A stretch of 64,000 bases of DNA, taken from NCBI GenBank assembly GCA_964016885.1, contig OZ024763.1, forward strand, positions 16,244,001 to 16,308,000, in the 5' to 3' direction. Numbering within the stretch: position 1 is the first letter of the stretch; the number at the start of each line of letters is the position of its first letter. Shown here one piece after another: positions 14,762 through 27,634 of the stretch. The notes below the pieces were generated by a model, which saw nothing but the letters and a program-made list of their open reading frames with translations, was not told where the DNA came from and made no database searches. Origin of the DNA: Eledone cirrhosa (lineage: Eukaryota). The position numbers and the translations under genes are program-made.

Positions 14762-15478
14762 TTCTATGCTAGCATGGGTTAGACAGGAAATGTCCCACTT
14801 GAGGCAAGATTGATCTGGTGACGGTGTCTCGCTCATATAGGACTATATCTGGCAGGTTTTCTACGGCCGGATGCCCTTCCTATTTTGTTAGAGGTGCCTA
14901 CTGACTGTAGTAGGTTTCACTTTGTACTTAGGTAAGGCGGGTCTTCTGTATTACTGTGTAGCGCCAAAGATTTTGGTCCAGTGACATTGTCTTGGAGAGG
15001 TGTAAGTGTGTGAGGTCGGAATTTATCAAGTCGTCCCAGGTTTTTCTGGGTCTGCCTACTCCGTGGCTACCATCTATTTTTATTGCCCTGCACTTTTTTA
15101 TACAGCTGTCGTCTTTCATGCTCCATCACGTGACCATACCAACGTAGCCTTCTCTCGAGTAAACAACATCTGATCCCTCTTATTTCTAATTTTTCCCTTA
15201 GTTCGTTTATGCTTTGCCGTTCACGTATATTACTATTACACATCCAGCGGAGCATACAAGCTTCGTTCCTCTCTATTCTGCGTATATCCTCTGCACACAA
15301 TGCCCAAGTCTCACTGCCATGTAACATTGCTGTTCGTATGCAGGCATCATACAGCCTGCCTTTCATTTTTAGAGAGAACCCTTTAGCGGCTAATAGTGGT
15401 ATAAGCTCTCTGAACTTTTTCCATCCAGTTCTGACTCTAGCTACTGTACTTTCAGAGCACCCTCCCCCACTGCTGATT

Positions 15479-15480
<2 letters not shown>
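14762..15480 (-). mobile_element. RTE-clade LINE 3' fragment
   Basis: ARVRTGWKKFREL...KGRLYDACIRTAMLHGSETW...RLRWYGHV...GRPRKTWDD are typical of the RTE RT C-terminus. Confidence 0.9.
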
Positions 15481-15518
<38 letters not shown>

Positions 15519-15521
<3 letters not shown>

Positions 15522-15935
15522 AAGGTTATATTTAATTTGTTGGAATTCAACAAACTTAAAAGTTTTATAACTGATATAAAGCACTCAACAATTTAGTGGA
15601 GTAAATATTCATTATATTAATAAATGGAGACTATATTTATAAAACCTTAATTATTTTATTATATATATTTCAAGGGCAACTAAGGCAAATTTTGGTGCGC
15701 TTTCATCAGATAAAATACAAAATTTGTTTTATAAATGTTGACATACCCGCAGAAGAACAACCTATCTTAGTGAACCTCGAACCATCAGGCTTGTTCTGCG
15801 GGTATGTCAACATTTATAAAACAAATTTTGTATTTTATCTGATGAAAGCGCACCAAAATTTGCCTTGGTTGCTCTTGAAATATATATAATAAAATAATTA
15901 TGGTTTTATAAATATAGTCTCCATTTATTAATATA
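15519..15935 (-). mobile_element. Fold-back element (family P1) with ~140-bp inverted arms, each carrying a hammerhead
   Basis: Arms ~15613-15753 and ~15793-15935; tail 15519-15612 abuts (TA)n. Confidence 0.75.
15832..15895 (+). ncRNA. Type I minimal hammerhead ribozyme motif (mirror copy on the minus strand at ~15654-15716)
   Basis: ATTTTAT-CTGATGA-[AAGCGCACCAA..TTGGTTGCTCTT]-GAAA-TATATA-TA-ATAAAAT; perfect 7-bp stem I and palindromic stem III. Confidence 0.8.
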
Positions 15936-16159
15936 AACCCATGCAAGCGTGGAAGATGGACGTTAAATGACGCTGATGATGATGATGATGAATGTATATA
16001 TATATATATATATTAAAATAACAGATTAAAGTTTAAGCAAAGAATCGCTGCTTTCACCCTTAATGAGAATATTTGCTCTAGGATTCTTATATATTTGATA
16101 TATATTTATCCTTATCGAGCCCTCTTTGGATTTTAGTCTTCACATTTATTATTACTACG

Positions 16160-16688
16160 TATGTTGATGCCCTAAGGACAGACACTGGTCTGTTGGAGAC
16201 GCAGGACATGGCAGCGATAATGAGGGACAGAGACCATTGGAGAGAACTTGTCCATGGATCTCGGGAATTTTACCCGCCCTAGAAAGATATACACCTCTCA
16301 AAGGCGATGACACACAACCGTGACCTCTGGCGTCACGCAGTAATACAGAGTACCTGACTTCCCATGGGTACAAGCTGAAGCATATAGACAATATGCCCCC
16401 ACACCCCCCACTGCAAGGTGGTCGTGGAGGAGCCACGGCAAAAAAGCACCCAGCCCACACTGTAAAGTGGACGTGTAGGCGCCACGAAAAAGCACCCAGC
16501 ACTCACTGTAAACGAGATTGGTGTTAGGAAGGGCACCCAGCTGTAGAAATCAAGCCAAATCAGTTGCTGTATGAGCAAGGCATGGTCAGCCGACCAGACA
16601 CTGCCCACAGCAGGACAACCCGTCTAACCCATGCTAGCGTGGAAGAACGGACGTAAAACGGTGATGATGATGATGATGATGATGATGA
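16160..16688 (+). mobile_element. RTE 3' fragments with a 3'UTR carrying the 42-bp unit and a (GAT)n tail
   Basis: DRDHWRELV and NRDLWRHAV motifs, then GTTAGGAAGGGCA...CCATGCTAGCGTGGAA...GATGATGAT. Confidence 0.75.
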
Positions 16689-16721
16689 TATATATATATA
16701 TATAGAGATAGAGAGAGAGAG

Positions 16722-16877
16722 AAATTCCTGATGAATTCATAGGAATGAAACAGTTCTAGTCTTGTATAAGTCATTTCTATATATCTAATAAAGATGTCAA
16801 CATTCTACCAACGTATTGAGTACCTTTTTTAACTGTGGTTACCCCTCCGACATCACTCAGGAACCTACATACTACGT
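16722..16877 (+). mobile_element. Microsatellite-embedded element with a hammerhead-like core (family P4)
   Basis: CTGATGA-ATTC-ATAG-GAAT-GAAAC-AGTTCTA-GTC; fold-back sister copy at 39109-39287. Confidence 0.6.
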
Positions 16878-17064
16878 ATATACATATATATCAACTTACA
16901 TTGCTATAGATATACATAAACACACACACACATATCTGGGAGGTCAATACACATATCTGGGAGGTCAATAGCTCCGCTTAAGGACTGAGTTGGTCTGTGA
17001 AAACCTGTCCAACCTTTGCTAGCAGGGAAAACAGATGTTAGATGATGATGAGGTTGATGATCAC

Positions 17065-17095
<31 letters not shown>

Positions 17096-17222
17096 AACTC
17101 ATCTATATACACACACACATATATATATATATTTATATCTATACACACATACACACACAACTCAGACACACACACACACATCTCGTCTATATACACACAT
17201 ATATATATGAACACACACACAA

Positions 17223-17261
<39 letters not shown>

Positions 17262-17467
17262 GCATATATATAATATAAACACACACAGATATATATGTAT
17301 ATATATATATACCCTAATATATATATATATATATACAAACACACACATGTATATATATATATATACAAACACACACACCCACACACAAACAAACACACAA
17401 ACATATATATACACCCACATACACACACACACACATATATATATATATACACACATACACACAGGTA

Positions 17468-17505
<38 letters not shown>

Positions 17506-17557
17506 AAAGGTATATATTGAGTTAGGAACTCAAAATAGTCTCTTACAACAAAATAGC

Positions 17558-17597
<40 letters not shown>

Positions 17598-17722
17598 ACA
17601 CACGCATATATATATATATACAAACACACACATATACAGTATATATATATATATATATACAAACACACACACGCAAACATACACACGGATATATATACAC
17701 CCACACACATACACACACACAC

Positions 17723-17795
<73 letters not shown>

Positions 17796-18050
17796 AACAC
17801 ACACACATACACACACATATATATATATAAACTCACACACACACAGCAATAAAAAGAACAAAAATTTTACTTAACATGAAACAAGACCCGTACTATCTGA
17901 AAAACATTAGGAAAATATTTATGTATATAAACGATAAGAGAAGTGTTTATCTCTCTGCTATTGTAGACAAAGACAAAACATAACACAATCCCTTCTCCTA
18001 CTCTAACACCCAACCATGCTAAACTTATAATTTAGTAAAAGATAAGAGTA

Positions 18051-19963
18051 AATTTATTAAAATTCACTGAGATAGCATGTTTTAACTAGGTCCATTGCTT
18101 ATGAAGAAGGGGTAGGATATTTGATGGCGCTTTCACCCTAATTTTTCAGTAGCGTACCCTTTCAGATTTAGTAAATTATCATTGGCAAATTAGCAGAGTC
18201 GTTAGAACGTCAGATAGAATGCTTTATGGTATTCATAATTTATTAAAATTCACTGAGATAGCATGTTTTAACTAGGTCCATTGCTTATGAAGAAGGGGTA
18301 GGGTATTTGATGGCGCTTTCACCCTAATTTTTCAGTAGCGTACCCTTTCAGATTTAGTAAATCATCATTATCATTGGCAAATTAGCAGAGTCGTTAGAAC
18401 GTCAGATAGAATGCTTTATGGTATTCATAATTTATTAAAATTCACTGAGATAGCATGTTTTAACTAGGTCCATTGCTTATGAAGAAGGGGTAGGGTATTT
18501 GATGGCGCTTTCACCCTAATTTTTCAGTAGCGTACCCTTTCAGATTTAGTAAATCATCATTATCATTGGCAAATTAGCAGAGTCGTTAGAACGTCAGATA
18601 GAATGCTTTATGGTATTCATAATTTATTAAAATTCACTGAGATAGCATGTTTTAACTAGGTCCATTGCTTATGAAGAAGGGGTAGGGTATTTGATGGCGC
18701 TTTCACCCTAATTTTTCAGTAGCGTACCCTTTCAGATTTAGTAAATCATCATTATCATTGGCAAATTAGCAGAGTCGTTAGAACGTCAGATAGAATGCTT
18801 TATGGTATTCATAATTTATTAAAATTCACTGAGATAGCATGTTTTAACTAGGTCCATTGCTTATGAAGAAGGGGTAGGGTATTTGATGGCGCTTTCACCC
18901 TAATTTTTCAGTAGCGTACCCTTTCAGATTTAGTAAATCATCATTATCATTGGCAAATTAGCAGAGTCGTTAGAACGTCAGATAGAATGCTTTATGGTAT
19001 TCATAATTTATTAAAATTCACTGAGATAGCATGTTTTAACTAGGTCCATTGCTTATGAAGAAGGGGTAGGGTATTTGATGGCGCTTTCACCCTAATTTTT
19101 CAGTAGCGTACCCTTTCAGATTTAGTAAATCATCATTATCATTGGCAAATTAGCAGAGTCGTTAGAACGTCAGATAGAATGCTTTATGGTATTCATAATT
19201 TATTAAAATTCACTGAGATAGCATGTTTTAACTAGGTCCATTGCTTATGAAGAAGGGGTAGGGTATTTGATGGCGCTTTCACCCTAATTTTTCAGTAGCG
19301 TACCCTTTCAGATTTAGTAAATCATCATTATCATTGGCAAATTAGCAGAGTCGTTAGAACGTCAGATAGAATGCTTTATGGTATTCATAATTTATTAAAA
19401 TTCACTGAGATAGCATGTTTTAACTAGGTCCATTGCTTATGAAGAAGGGGTAGGGTATTTGATGGCGCTTTCACCCTAATTTTTCAGTAGCGTACCCTTT
19501 CAGATTTAGTAAATCATCATTATCATTGGCAAATTAGCAGAGTCGTTAGAACGTCAGATAGAATGCTTTATGGTATTCATAATTTATTAAAATTCACTGA
19601 GATAGCATGTTTTAACTAGGTCCATTGCTTATGAAGAAGGGGTAGGGTATTTGATGGCGCTTTCACCCTAATTTTTCAGTAGCGTACCCTTTCAGATTTA
19701 GTAAATCATCATTATCATTGGCAAATTAGCAGAGTCGTTAGAACGTCAGATAGAATGCTTTATGGTATTCATAATTTATTAAAATTCACTGAGATAGCAT
19801 GTTTTAACTAGGTCCATTGCTTATGAAGAAGGGGTAGGGTATTTGATGGCGCTTTCACCCTAATTTTTCAGTAGCGTACCCTTTCAGATTTAGTAAATCA
19901 TCATTATCATTAGCAAATTAGCAGAGTCGTTAGAACGTCAGATAGAATGCTTTGCGGTATTCA
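18051..19963 (+). repeat. Near-perfect 192-bp tandem array, 10 copies, incorporating the head of a B-type SINE
   Basis: Period of 192 bp (e.g. 18429, 18621, 18813); the last unit reads on into CTGAGTTCAAATCC...GGTCAACTTT of the SINE (to ~20060). Confidence 0.95.
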
Positions 19964-20359
19964 TTCTGGTTCTCTGCTCTCTGAGTTCAAATCCTGTCGA
20001 GGTCAACTTTTCCTTTCACCCTTTTGAGGTCGATAAAAAAGTACCAGTCTCGTATTGAGCTCGATTCTTCCTTGATATCTCTTTCTCATTTCCCCTCTCT
20101 CACTTTCTATATTTCTCTGTAAGAAATCTGCTGTAGTCAGACCTGGAGAGGGAAGGGCTCTGCCTGGCTTAAAATGCCCAAGAAACGGTGTATGGCAATA
20201 CGGCACCCCTACGACTCTATCAGGAGTTATGGGACCATACATACATCATCATCATCAGCAGCAGCAGTAGCACTGATTTTCATTCCAGCTGTACAGCCCT
20301 CAGCACCAAACCTATCAAGGGCATGTGGTTAGAATCTCCAGACAGATTTTTTGTAAGCT

Positions 20360-21000
20360 TCAGTGATTTGAGGTCAGCTCTCATCACCTCCATCTAAAGT
20401 CTTCCTTGGTCTTCCTCTACTGCAGCTTCTTTCCACTGAGATTTCTCAGCATTTCTTTCATCCATCACAAGTCCATACCAGTGCAGCCTCCTCTCAGAGA
20501 CATCATCATCATCATTGTCATTTTACGTCCGTTTTTCCTGGCCTACATGGGTTAGACAGGTCCTTCTCAGCACAGCACCTCTCTCTACTCACCGTGTTCC
20601 TTTGTCATCTCCTCTGTGAGTCTCAGTGATTAGAGTCTCTGCTCTCACTACCTCTGCCCAGGTCTTCCTTGGTCTACCTCTACTGCAGCTTCCTTCCACT
20701 GAGATCTCCTGGCACTTCTTCACCCTACAATCATCATCCTTATACATCACATGTCCATACCAGTGCAGTCTCCTCTTATATATCATCCTCATTGTCATTT
20801 TACATTCACTTTTTCACACTTACATGGGTTGGATGGGTCTTTTTCCACACAACATCTCTCTCCACTTGTCATGTTCCTTTGTCATCTCTTCTGTGAGCTT
20901 CAGTGATTTGAGGTCAGTTCTCAGCACCTCTGCCCCGCTCTTCCTTGGTTTGGTCTACCTCTACTGTGGCTTCCTTCCACTGAGATTTCCTGCTACTTCT
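20360..21000 (-). mobile_element. Rearranged and triplicated RTE LINE fragments
   Basis: RRLHWYGHVMYKDDDCRVKKC...GRPRKTW; similar blocks at ~20360, ~20620 and ~20890. Confidence 0.8.
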
Positions 21001-21326
21001 TCAGCTACCCTCGCCCCCAAAAATCTATCAAATATCTAGCTCATAGTTTATTCCAGGGTCTCCTGCCAGTTGGTTTTGTCTGTAAAATCTACATCTGAAT
21101 TAATTTAATGAAGAATTTTGAGGGATTTACTAAAATAATTAATTATTTCATTAAGATGGTGTTTGTAACCTAACAAAAGGTTCTTAAATCAAATTACATT
21201 GGAAGATTTTAATTTAGATAAGAACGCTTTATTTATTCATTTATATTTTCATTAAATCAATTTAAACATCCATATAGAGCTAGTAAGCCATGACATACAG
21301 GGGAAGGTATCTAGTACCCCTTATAG

Positions 21327-22001
21327 CAGAGGTTCTCAAAGTGGGCACTACCATCCCCTGGGGATGTTGAAAAGGTCCAGAGGGAACTGGGGTCTAAGGG
21401 GGCGGTAGAGATTATATAATAGTATATTGAATATCTAACACATGCTAGCGTGGAAGATAGTCGTTAAACGATGATGATGATGATGATGATGACATATGAT
21501 ATATAAATATAGTAAAATAAAAATATATATTTATTTATACATAGTATATATTATATTATTTATTGTTATACTTTGGGAGGGTCATGTTGCCAATAAGAAA
21601 CACACGCACCAGTTGCTTTCACTTCAATTTATTATATATTTATAAATTTATAAATTTCTGGTTGGTTGGTTGGTTCCACAACCAGATAGTTGTTTATATA
21701 TAGTCATAGTCCTTTCGTCACACACTCTGTGACCTCTTCAGTGTGTTTCTTATTGGCAACATGACCCTCCCAAAGTATAACAATATCGGTTTCAACACAC
21801 GATTTCAGATAAAGAATCTTGCTAAACAAATTCAGAAACGAAATTATATTATTTATTATATATAAATTAACGATTTAATTTATTATATATTATTTACAAT
21901 TTGTATGTGGGCAGGTTTGTCTGGAAATAAGGTTAGTGGGCGCTGAGAGTATTACGTGGCTGTGAGGGGTGGTGGTGGCCCCAAAAATTTGAGAACCTCT
22001 G
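21327..22001. mobile_element. hAT-type MITE with a nested fold-back element
   Basis: TIRs CAGAGGTTCTCAAA / TTTGAGAACCTCTG; 8-bp TSD CCTTATAG / TCTTATAG. Confidence 0.85.
21561..21840 (+). mobile_element. Fold-back element (family P3) with a hammerhead-like core on the minus strand
   Basis: Arm 21561-21605 is inverted at 21741-21785; minus strand CTGAAGA-G-GTCACA-GAGTG-TGTGAC-GAAA; same tail as the 39717 copy. Confidence 0.7.
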
Positions 22002-22249
22002 TCTTATAGTTTAGAAACAAAAGTAAGATAGATAAAAAAAAATGAGAAGGCCAATGGGCAATGGCAAAAGAAGCATAAATAAGATTTAAAAACTGTGAAA
22101 AACAAAGGAAGTTATAAAGCAGCTAGAAGGTTCCGAATTGTCATGTACTGAAAGATCTTGTTTATAGTTGGGAGATCTTTGACAATATATTGTATCTCCA
22201 ATCTCGGTAGTTTTTTAAAGACCAGCTTCAGGATGTTACTTGATAAAGT

Positions 22250-22690
22250 GCGTAGCTTGGAGATCAGAGAGTCACTCCATGTATAGCCGCTACTTCTCTG
22301 AATTGAGAGATCACAGCTCAGATACTATGGGGCATGTGGTTAGAATGTCTCAGGAAAGAATCGCTGGACAGATTTGTAGCTTGGAGATCAGAGAGTCACT
22401 CCATGTATAGCCGCTACTTCTCTGAATTGAGAGATCACAGCTCAGATACTATGGGGCATGTGGTTAGAATGTCTCAGGAAAGAATCACTGGACAGATTTT
22501 ACAGGTGAAACCAATCAGCAAGAAACCCAGAGGTAGACACCGAGCAAGATGGTTGGATGACATCCATGAGCTTGGCTGGTCCCGTTCGGGTATCCAGCCA
22601 TATCAGTTGGAGACAATTGCTTCTGACAGGACCCACTGGAAGGGGTGTTTCAAGACTCTGCCACAACAATCCTCTCAGGAATAAGTGGGC
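22250..22690 (+). mobile_element. RTE-like LINE 3' fragment with a local ~120-bp duplication
   Basis: GHVVRMSQERITGQILQVKP...PRGRHRARWLDDI...DRTHWK. Confidence 0.75.
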
Positions 22691-22982
22691 AAAGAAAAAG
22701 AAGAAACTTCAAGATGTCTTCTCTCTCTTTTTCAGACTGGTAATGTTTTTTGTTGTTGAATCTTTTCTTAACCTCCATGTACTGACAGATATTTGACAAT
22801 ATATTGTATTTCTAAACTTGATAGTTTTTTAAAGACCAGCTTTAAAATGTCCTCTTTCTCAGACTGGTAATGTTTCTGTGTTGACACTTTTTGTAGCCTC
22901 CAAGTATTGAAAGATCTTGCATGGAGGTGTTGCAGAGAAGCATGGAAAAATGTGTTAGACTTGAAGTGGGATTATTTCGAAG

Positions 22983-23174
22983 GGTGGTGGATTGGTAGTA
23001 TTGGTAAAGGGTCGGACGCCATGCTTTGCAGAAAAGAGTTACGGCCCTTTATGGTCTGAGTTCAAATCCCGCCGAGGTTAACTTTGCCTTTCATCCTTAC
23101 GGGGTCGATAAAATAAAGTACCAGTAATGCACTGGGTAATTGCTGGCCTTGTGCCAAAAGTAGAAACAATTATT
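22983..23174 (+). mobile_element. SINE family B, full length
   Basis: GGTGGTGGATTGGTAG...CTGAGTTCAAATCCCGCCGAGG...AGAAACAATTATT; other copies at 23445(-), 24115(-), 25023, 43210, 48167, 63420(-). Confidence 0.9.
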
Positions 23175-23444
23175 TCGAAGGGGAAAACTTGTAGTTTGTA
23201 GTTTGAGTTTTAAATATTTTTTGTGACCCCCAGTCCTGTTTCATTTCTGACACACCTCATATACTATCTATTGTCCTGAATTTTCTGTAGTTAACTTCTT
23301 GTCTGACTATATATTCATAGCTATACTTCAGCTTATGTCATTTCGAGTTTTATTTTCGAAAGCAAAAATAAACTCAATTTTATGTCGGTCTGCCAAAAAT
23401 ATTAAACCATAAAAAAACACTGAAAAAACAATAAAAACATAAAT

Positions 23445-23637
23445 AATAATTGTTTCTACTTTAGGCACAAGGCCAGTAATTACCCAGTGCATTACTGGTA
23501 CTTTATTTTATCGACCCCATAAGGATGAAAGGCAAAGTCAACCTCGGCGGGATTTGAACTCAGATCGTAAAGGGACGTAACTATGCTGGACAGCATGGCG
23601 TCCAACCCTCTACCGATACTGCCAAACCACCACCCCC
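23445..23637 (-). mobile_element. SINE family B
   Basis: Reverse complement of the 22983 copy. Confidence 0.9.
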
Positions 23638-24114
23638 GTAACTAATAATAATGTACTGTATATTGTATGTACAGTTAAAGTACAGCACTGGAGAGTGCCT
23701 ATTAGTGGTTTATAGCGGAGTTAATTCGACATCTGTCGTTTTGTTACCTACATCTTTACTTCTGGAACCAATTACCAACGTAAAGTGAGCTATACCTATA
23801 TATTGGGACAAATAAATGTCAGCCTTGGAAAGATGTACACAACCACAAATACTGCAGAGTAAGTTTATCCCATCCATTCAGGGCTGGATTGAGCCCTTTT
23901 GAAGCCCTAAGCACTAAAAGGAACACAGTGCTCCCCCAACCCATTCCCCATATTTAATGGTTTCTGATTTAGGCACAAGGCCAACAATTTTAGGGGAGAG
24001 GAAAGTCGATTAAATCAACCCCAGTGTGTTACTGGTACTTTATTTTATCAAGGATTTGTACACAGAATATAAAGGGCCGTAACTCTTTATATTCCCCACA
24101 TATTCACCACATAT

Positions 24115-24293
24115 AATTATTTCTACTTTTGGCACAAGGCCAGTAAATTACCCCAGTGCATTACTGGTACTTTATTTTATCGACCCCCGTAAGGATGAAA
24201 GGCAAAGTTAACCACAGCGGGATTTGAACTCAGAACGTAAAGGGTCGTAACTCTATGCCACAAAGCATGTTGTCCGACACTGCCAATCCACCG
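24115..24293 (-). mobile_element. SINE family B
   Basis: Reverse complement of the family consensus. Confidence 0.85.
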
Positions 24294-25294
24294 AATGTCT
24301 GCAAACAATATTTTAACCCAACATTTTGCTATGCACATAGCAATTGGCTGTTCACAGCTACCCTTGTGCTTAGATTCCTACAAATTTATGAAAATTCATA
24401 TACACTCATCGCTTCAAACATTTTCAATTAATGTTAAAACAATTTTTTTTTAATAACACATACATTTTCAAAATAATGGCATCCTTCTTTCCATGATACC
24501 CAAAATCTGCTTATTTTCTTTATGGGTTAATCCAACCCTCAATAGCTCATATGTATTACATATCTTACTTTAAAACATCTTTTTTTGTTTTAGTTTATCC
24601 TATAGCTCCAGTGCCAAGTTATATTCTGTTGGGGCCCCAAGAACTTTAAATATTATACCCCCTCCCCCTTTTATAAAACCTGCCAAAAAAAAACGTTCTT
24701 TTATTTTTCTTTCTTATTACCTTGGCATTTTTCTTTTTTTTTTTTTACTAAAAACGCATTTTCGGGCTTTCAAAAAGGCAAACTTATTTGTATCAAAAAT
24801 AATTTTGAAATGACAAATATATTTAATTCAAATAAAATGGCAGCTCTCTTTTCTTGATGCTCTAAACATGTTTAATTTGCTTAATGGTTAAGCCAGCCCT
24901 TATGACAACAACAACATGATAGGACTGTATATATATGTGTGTGCGTGCGTATGTATATATGTTTTTCTTCTATTAAAGACTGTCCATATTTACATGCTTA
25001 TTTTACTTCATGGTTAACCCATAGGTGGTAAATTGGCAGAGTCATTAGAATGGCAGATAAAATACTATGGGGTGTCTGCTCCAGCTCTCTTTGTTCTGAG
25101 TTCAAATCCAATCGTGATCAACTTTGCCTTTCATCCTTTCAAATCAATAAAAAAAAGTACCAGTGTAGTACTGGGGTTAATTCTTCCTCTATATCAACCA
25201 CTCTCTCTCTCTCTCCCTCTCTCCTTCTCTGGAAGAAATCAGTTGTTTTTAGATCTGGAGAGAGGATGTGTTCCAACAGGTTTTAAAAAATTGC

Positions 25295-26533
25295 TTAACC
25301 CTTTAATGTTCAAACCGGCCAAAACCGGCCAGAATTCTCTACCTCTTTCTGTTGAAACTGGCTGTAACTGGTTGCTCAAACTGATGTTAAGATTTTGTTC
25401 TCAAAATAAATACTTTCAAAATCTCATAGATTCGATATTATGTGAGGTAAAGCCTTTACCATGAAAATATAATAGTATATATAGAGTAATGTGAATGTTA
25501 TGTGAGATATTATGTGAGGTAAAGCATTTACCATAAAAATATAATAGTATATATAGAGTAATGTGAATGTTATGTGAGATATTATGTGAGATATTATGTG
25601 AGGTAAAGCCTTTACCATGAAAATACAATAGTATATATAGAGTAATGTGAATGTTATGTGAGATATTATGTGAGGTAAAGTCTTTACCATGAAAATACAA
25701 TAGTATATATAGAGTAATGTGAATGTTATGTGAGATATTATGTGAGGTAAAGCCTTTACCATGAAAATATAATAGTATATATAGAATAATGTGAATGTTA
25801 TGTGAGATATTATGTGAGGTAAAGCCTTTACCATGAAAATATAATAGTATATATAGAGTAATGTGAATGTTATGTGAGATATTATGTGAGGTAAAGCCTT
25901 TACCATGAAAATATAATAGTATATATAGAGTAATGTGAATGTTATGTGAGATATTTATGTGAGGTAAAGCCTTTACCATGAAAATATAATAGTATATATA
26001 GAGTAATGTAAATGTTATGTGAGATATAATGTGAGGTAAAGCCTTTACCATGAAAATATAATAGTATATATAGAGTAATGTGAATGTTATGTGAGATATT
26101 ATGTGAGGTAAAGCCTTTACCATGAAAATATAATAGTATATATAGAGTAATGTGAATGTTATGTGAGATATTATGTGAGGTAAAGCCTTTACCATGAAAA
26201 TATAATAGTATATATAGAGTAATGTAAATGTTATGTGAGATATTATGTGAGGTAAAGCCTTTACCATGAAAATATAATAGTATATATAGAGTAATGTGAA
26301 TGTTATGTAAGATAATTATGTGAGGTAAAGCCTTTACCATGAAAATATAATAGTATATATAGAGTAATGTGTATGTTATGTGAGATAATTATGTGAGGTA
26401 AAGCCTTTACCATGAAAATATAATAGTATATATAGAGTAATGTGAATGTTATGTAAGATAATTATGTGAGGTAAAGCCTTTACCATGAAAATATAATAGT
26501 ATATATAGAGTAATGTGAATGCTAAAGAGTTAA
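25295..26533 (-). mobile_element. piggyBac-like MITE family A with an internal 60-bp tandem array (~18 copies)
   Basis: TTAACCCTTTAATGTT ... GAATGCTAAAGAGTTAA; the array unit is the reverse complement of the 2715-4415 unit with its own diagnostic variants. Confidence 0.9.
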
Positions 26534-26867
26534 GACATGCAGTATGTCAAAACAGTACCCCTATGATTTCATCAGGAGTTGCAGGTCCATACATACATAT
26601 CAAGTTGAGCTTTATTTTAAAAGAACTTCGTATTTATGGAAAGAATGTAATTTTTGTATATAAATAACATTACAAATAATTAAAAAAGGGAAAGGAAAAA
26701 AGAAAGAAAAAACACACAAGCAGGTAATACACACATCTGGGACCACATACAACACAATGCAGTCGAAAGGGGTGGACAACCGAGCCGCTACCAGAGTAAA
26801 AGATAACAGTATTGCTAGGAGCAGTGGGAAACCTCTCTAATAATTTTTTAGGCAAGCCAGCATGCTC

Positions 26868-27575
26868 GCAGCGTTACCTCGGATGATGAGGAGGCTGAGG
26901 TGCTGGAACAACCAAGCACCCTCACGAGCATCACCAGTTACCTCGGGTGATGGCCAGGCTGAGGTGCTGGAACAGCCAAGCACCATATGAGCATCACCAG
27001 TTACCTCGGGTGATGGCCAGGCTGAGGTGCTGGAACAGCCAAGCACCATATGAGCATCACCAGTTACCTCGGGTGATGAGGAGGCTGAGGTACTGGAACA
27101 GCCAAGCACCATATGAGCATCACCAGTTACCTCGGGTGATGGCCAGGCTGAGGTGCTGGAACAGCCAAGCACGATATGAGCATCACCAGTTACTTCGGGT
27201 GATGAGGAGGCTGAGGTACTGGAACAGCCAAGCACCATATGAGCATCACCAGTTACCTCGGGTGATGGCCAGGCTGAGGTGCTGGAACAGCCAAGCACCA
27301 TATGAGCATCACCAGTTACCTCGGGTGATGGCCAGGCTGAGGTGCTGGAACAGCCAAGCACCATATGAGCATCACCAGTTACCTCGGGTGATGGCCAGGC
27401 TGAGGTGCTGGAACAGCCAAGCACCATATGAGCATCACCTGTTACCTCGGGTGATGGCCAGGCTGAGGTGCTGGAACAGCCAAGCACCATATGAGCATCA
27501 CCTGTTACCTCGGGTGATGGCCAGGCTGAGGTGCTGGAACAGCCAAGCACCATATGAGCATCACCTGTTACCTCT
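26868..27575. repeat. GC-rich 63-bp tandem array (~11 copies)
   Basis: Unit GCATCACCAGTTACCTCGGGTGATGGCCAGGCTGAGGTGCTGGAACAGCCAAGCACCATATGA; flanked on both sides by TTAGGCAAGCC. Confidence 0.95.
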
Positions 27576-27634
27576 GTTAGGCAAGCCGCCAGTAAAGATA
27601 AGAATCTCGCAGTCAGTAGCCCGACTCCCCCAAA

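Noticed and set aside
18120-18170. Possible hammerhead in the 192-bp array (minus strand CTGAAAA..GGGTGAAAGCGC)
   Set aside because: Core is not CUGANGA, and no stem II or UH site could be formed.
23879-24900. hAT-like element (CAGGGCTGGATT ... AAGCCAGCCCT)
   Set aside because: TIR match is short and no TSD was found; not supported enough to list.
26928-27560. Selenoprotein-like in-frame TGA repeats
   Set aside because: No start, splice or SECIS evidence; the TGA is simply part of the tandem unit.
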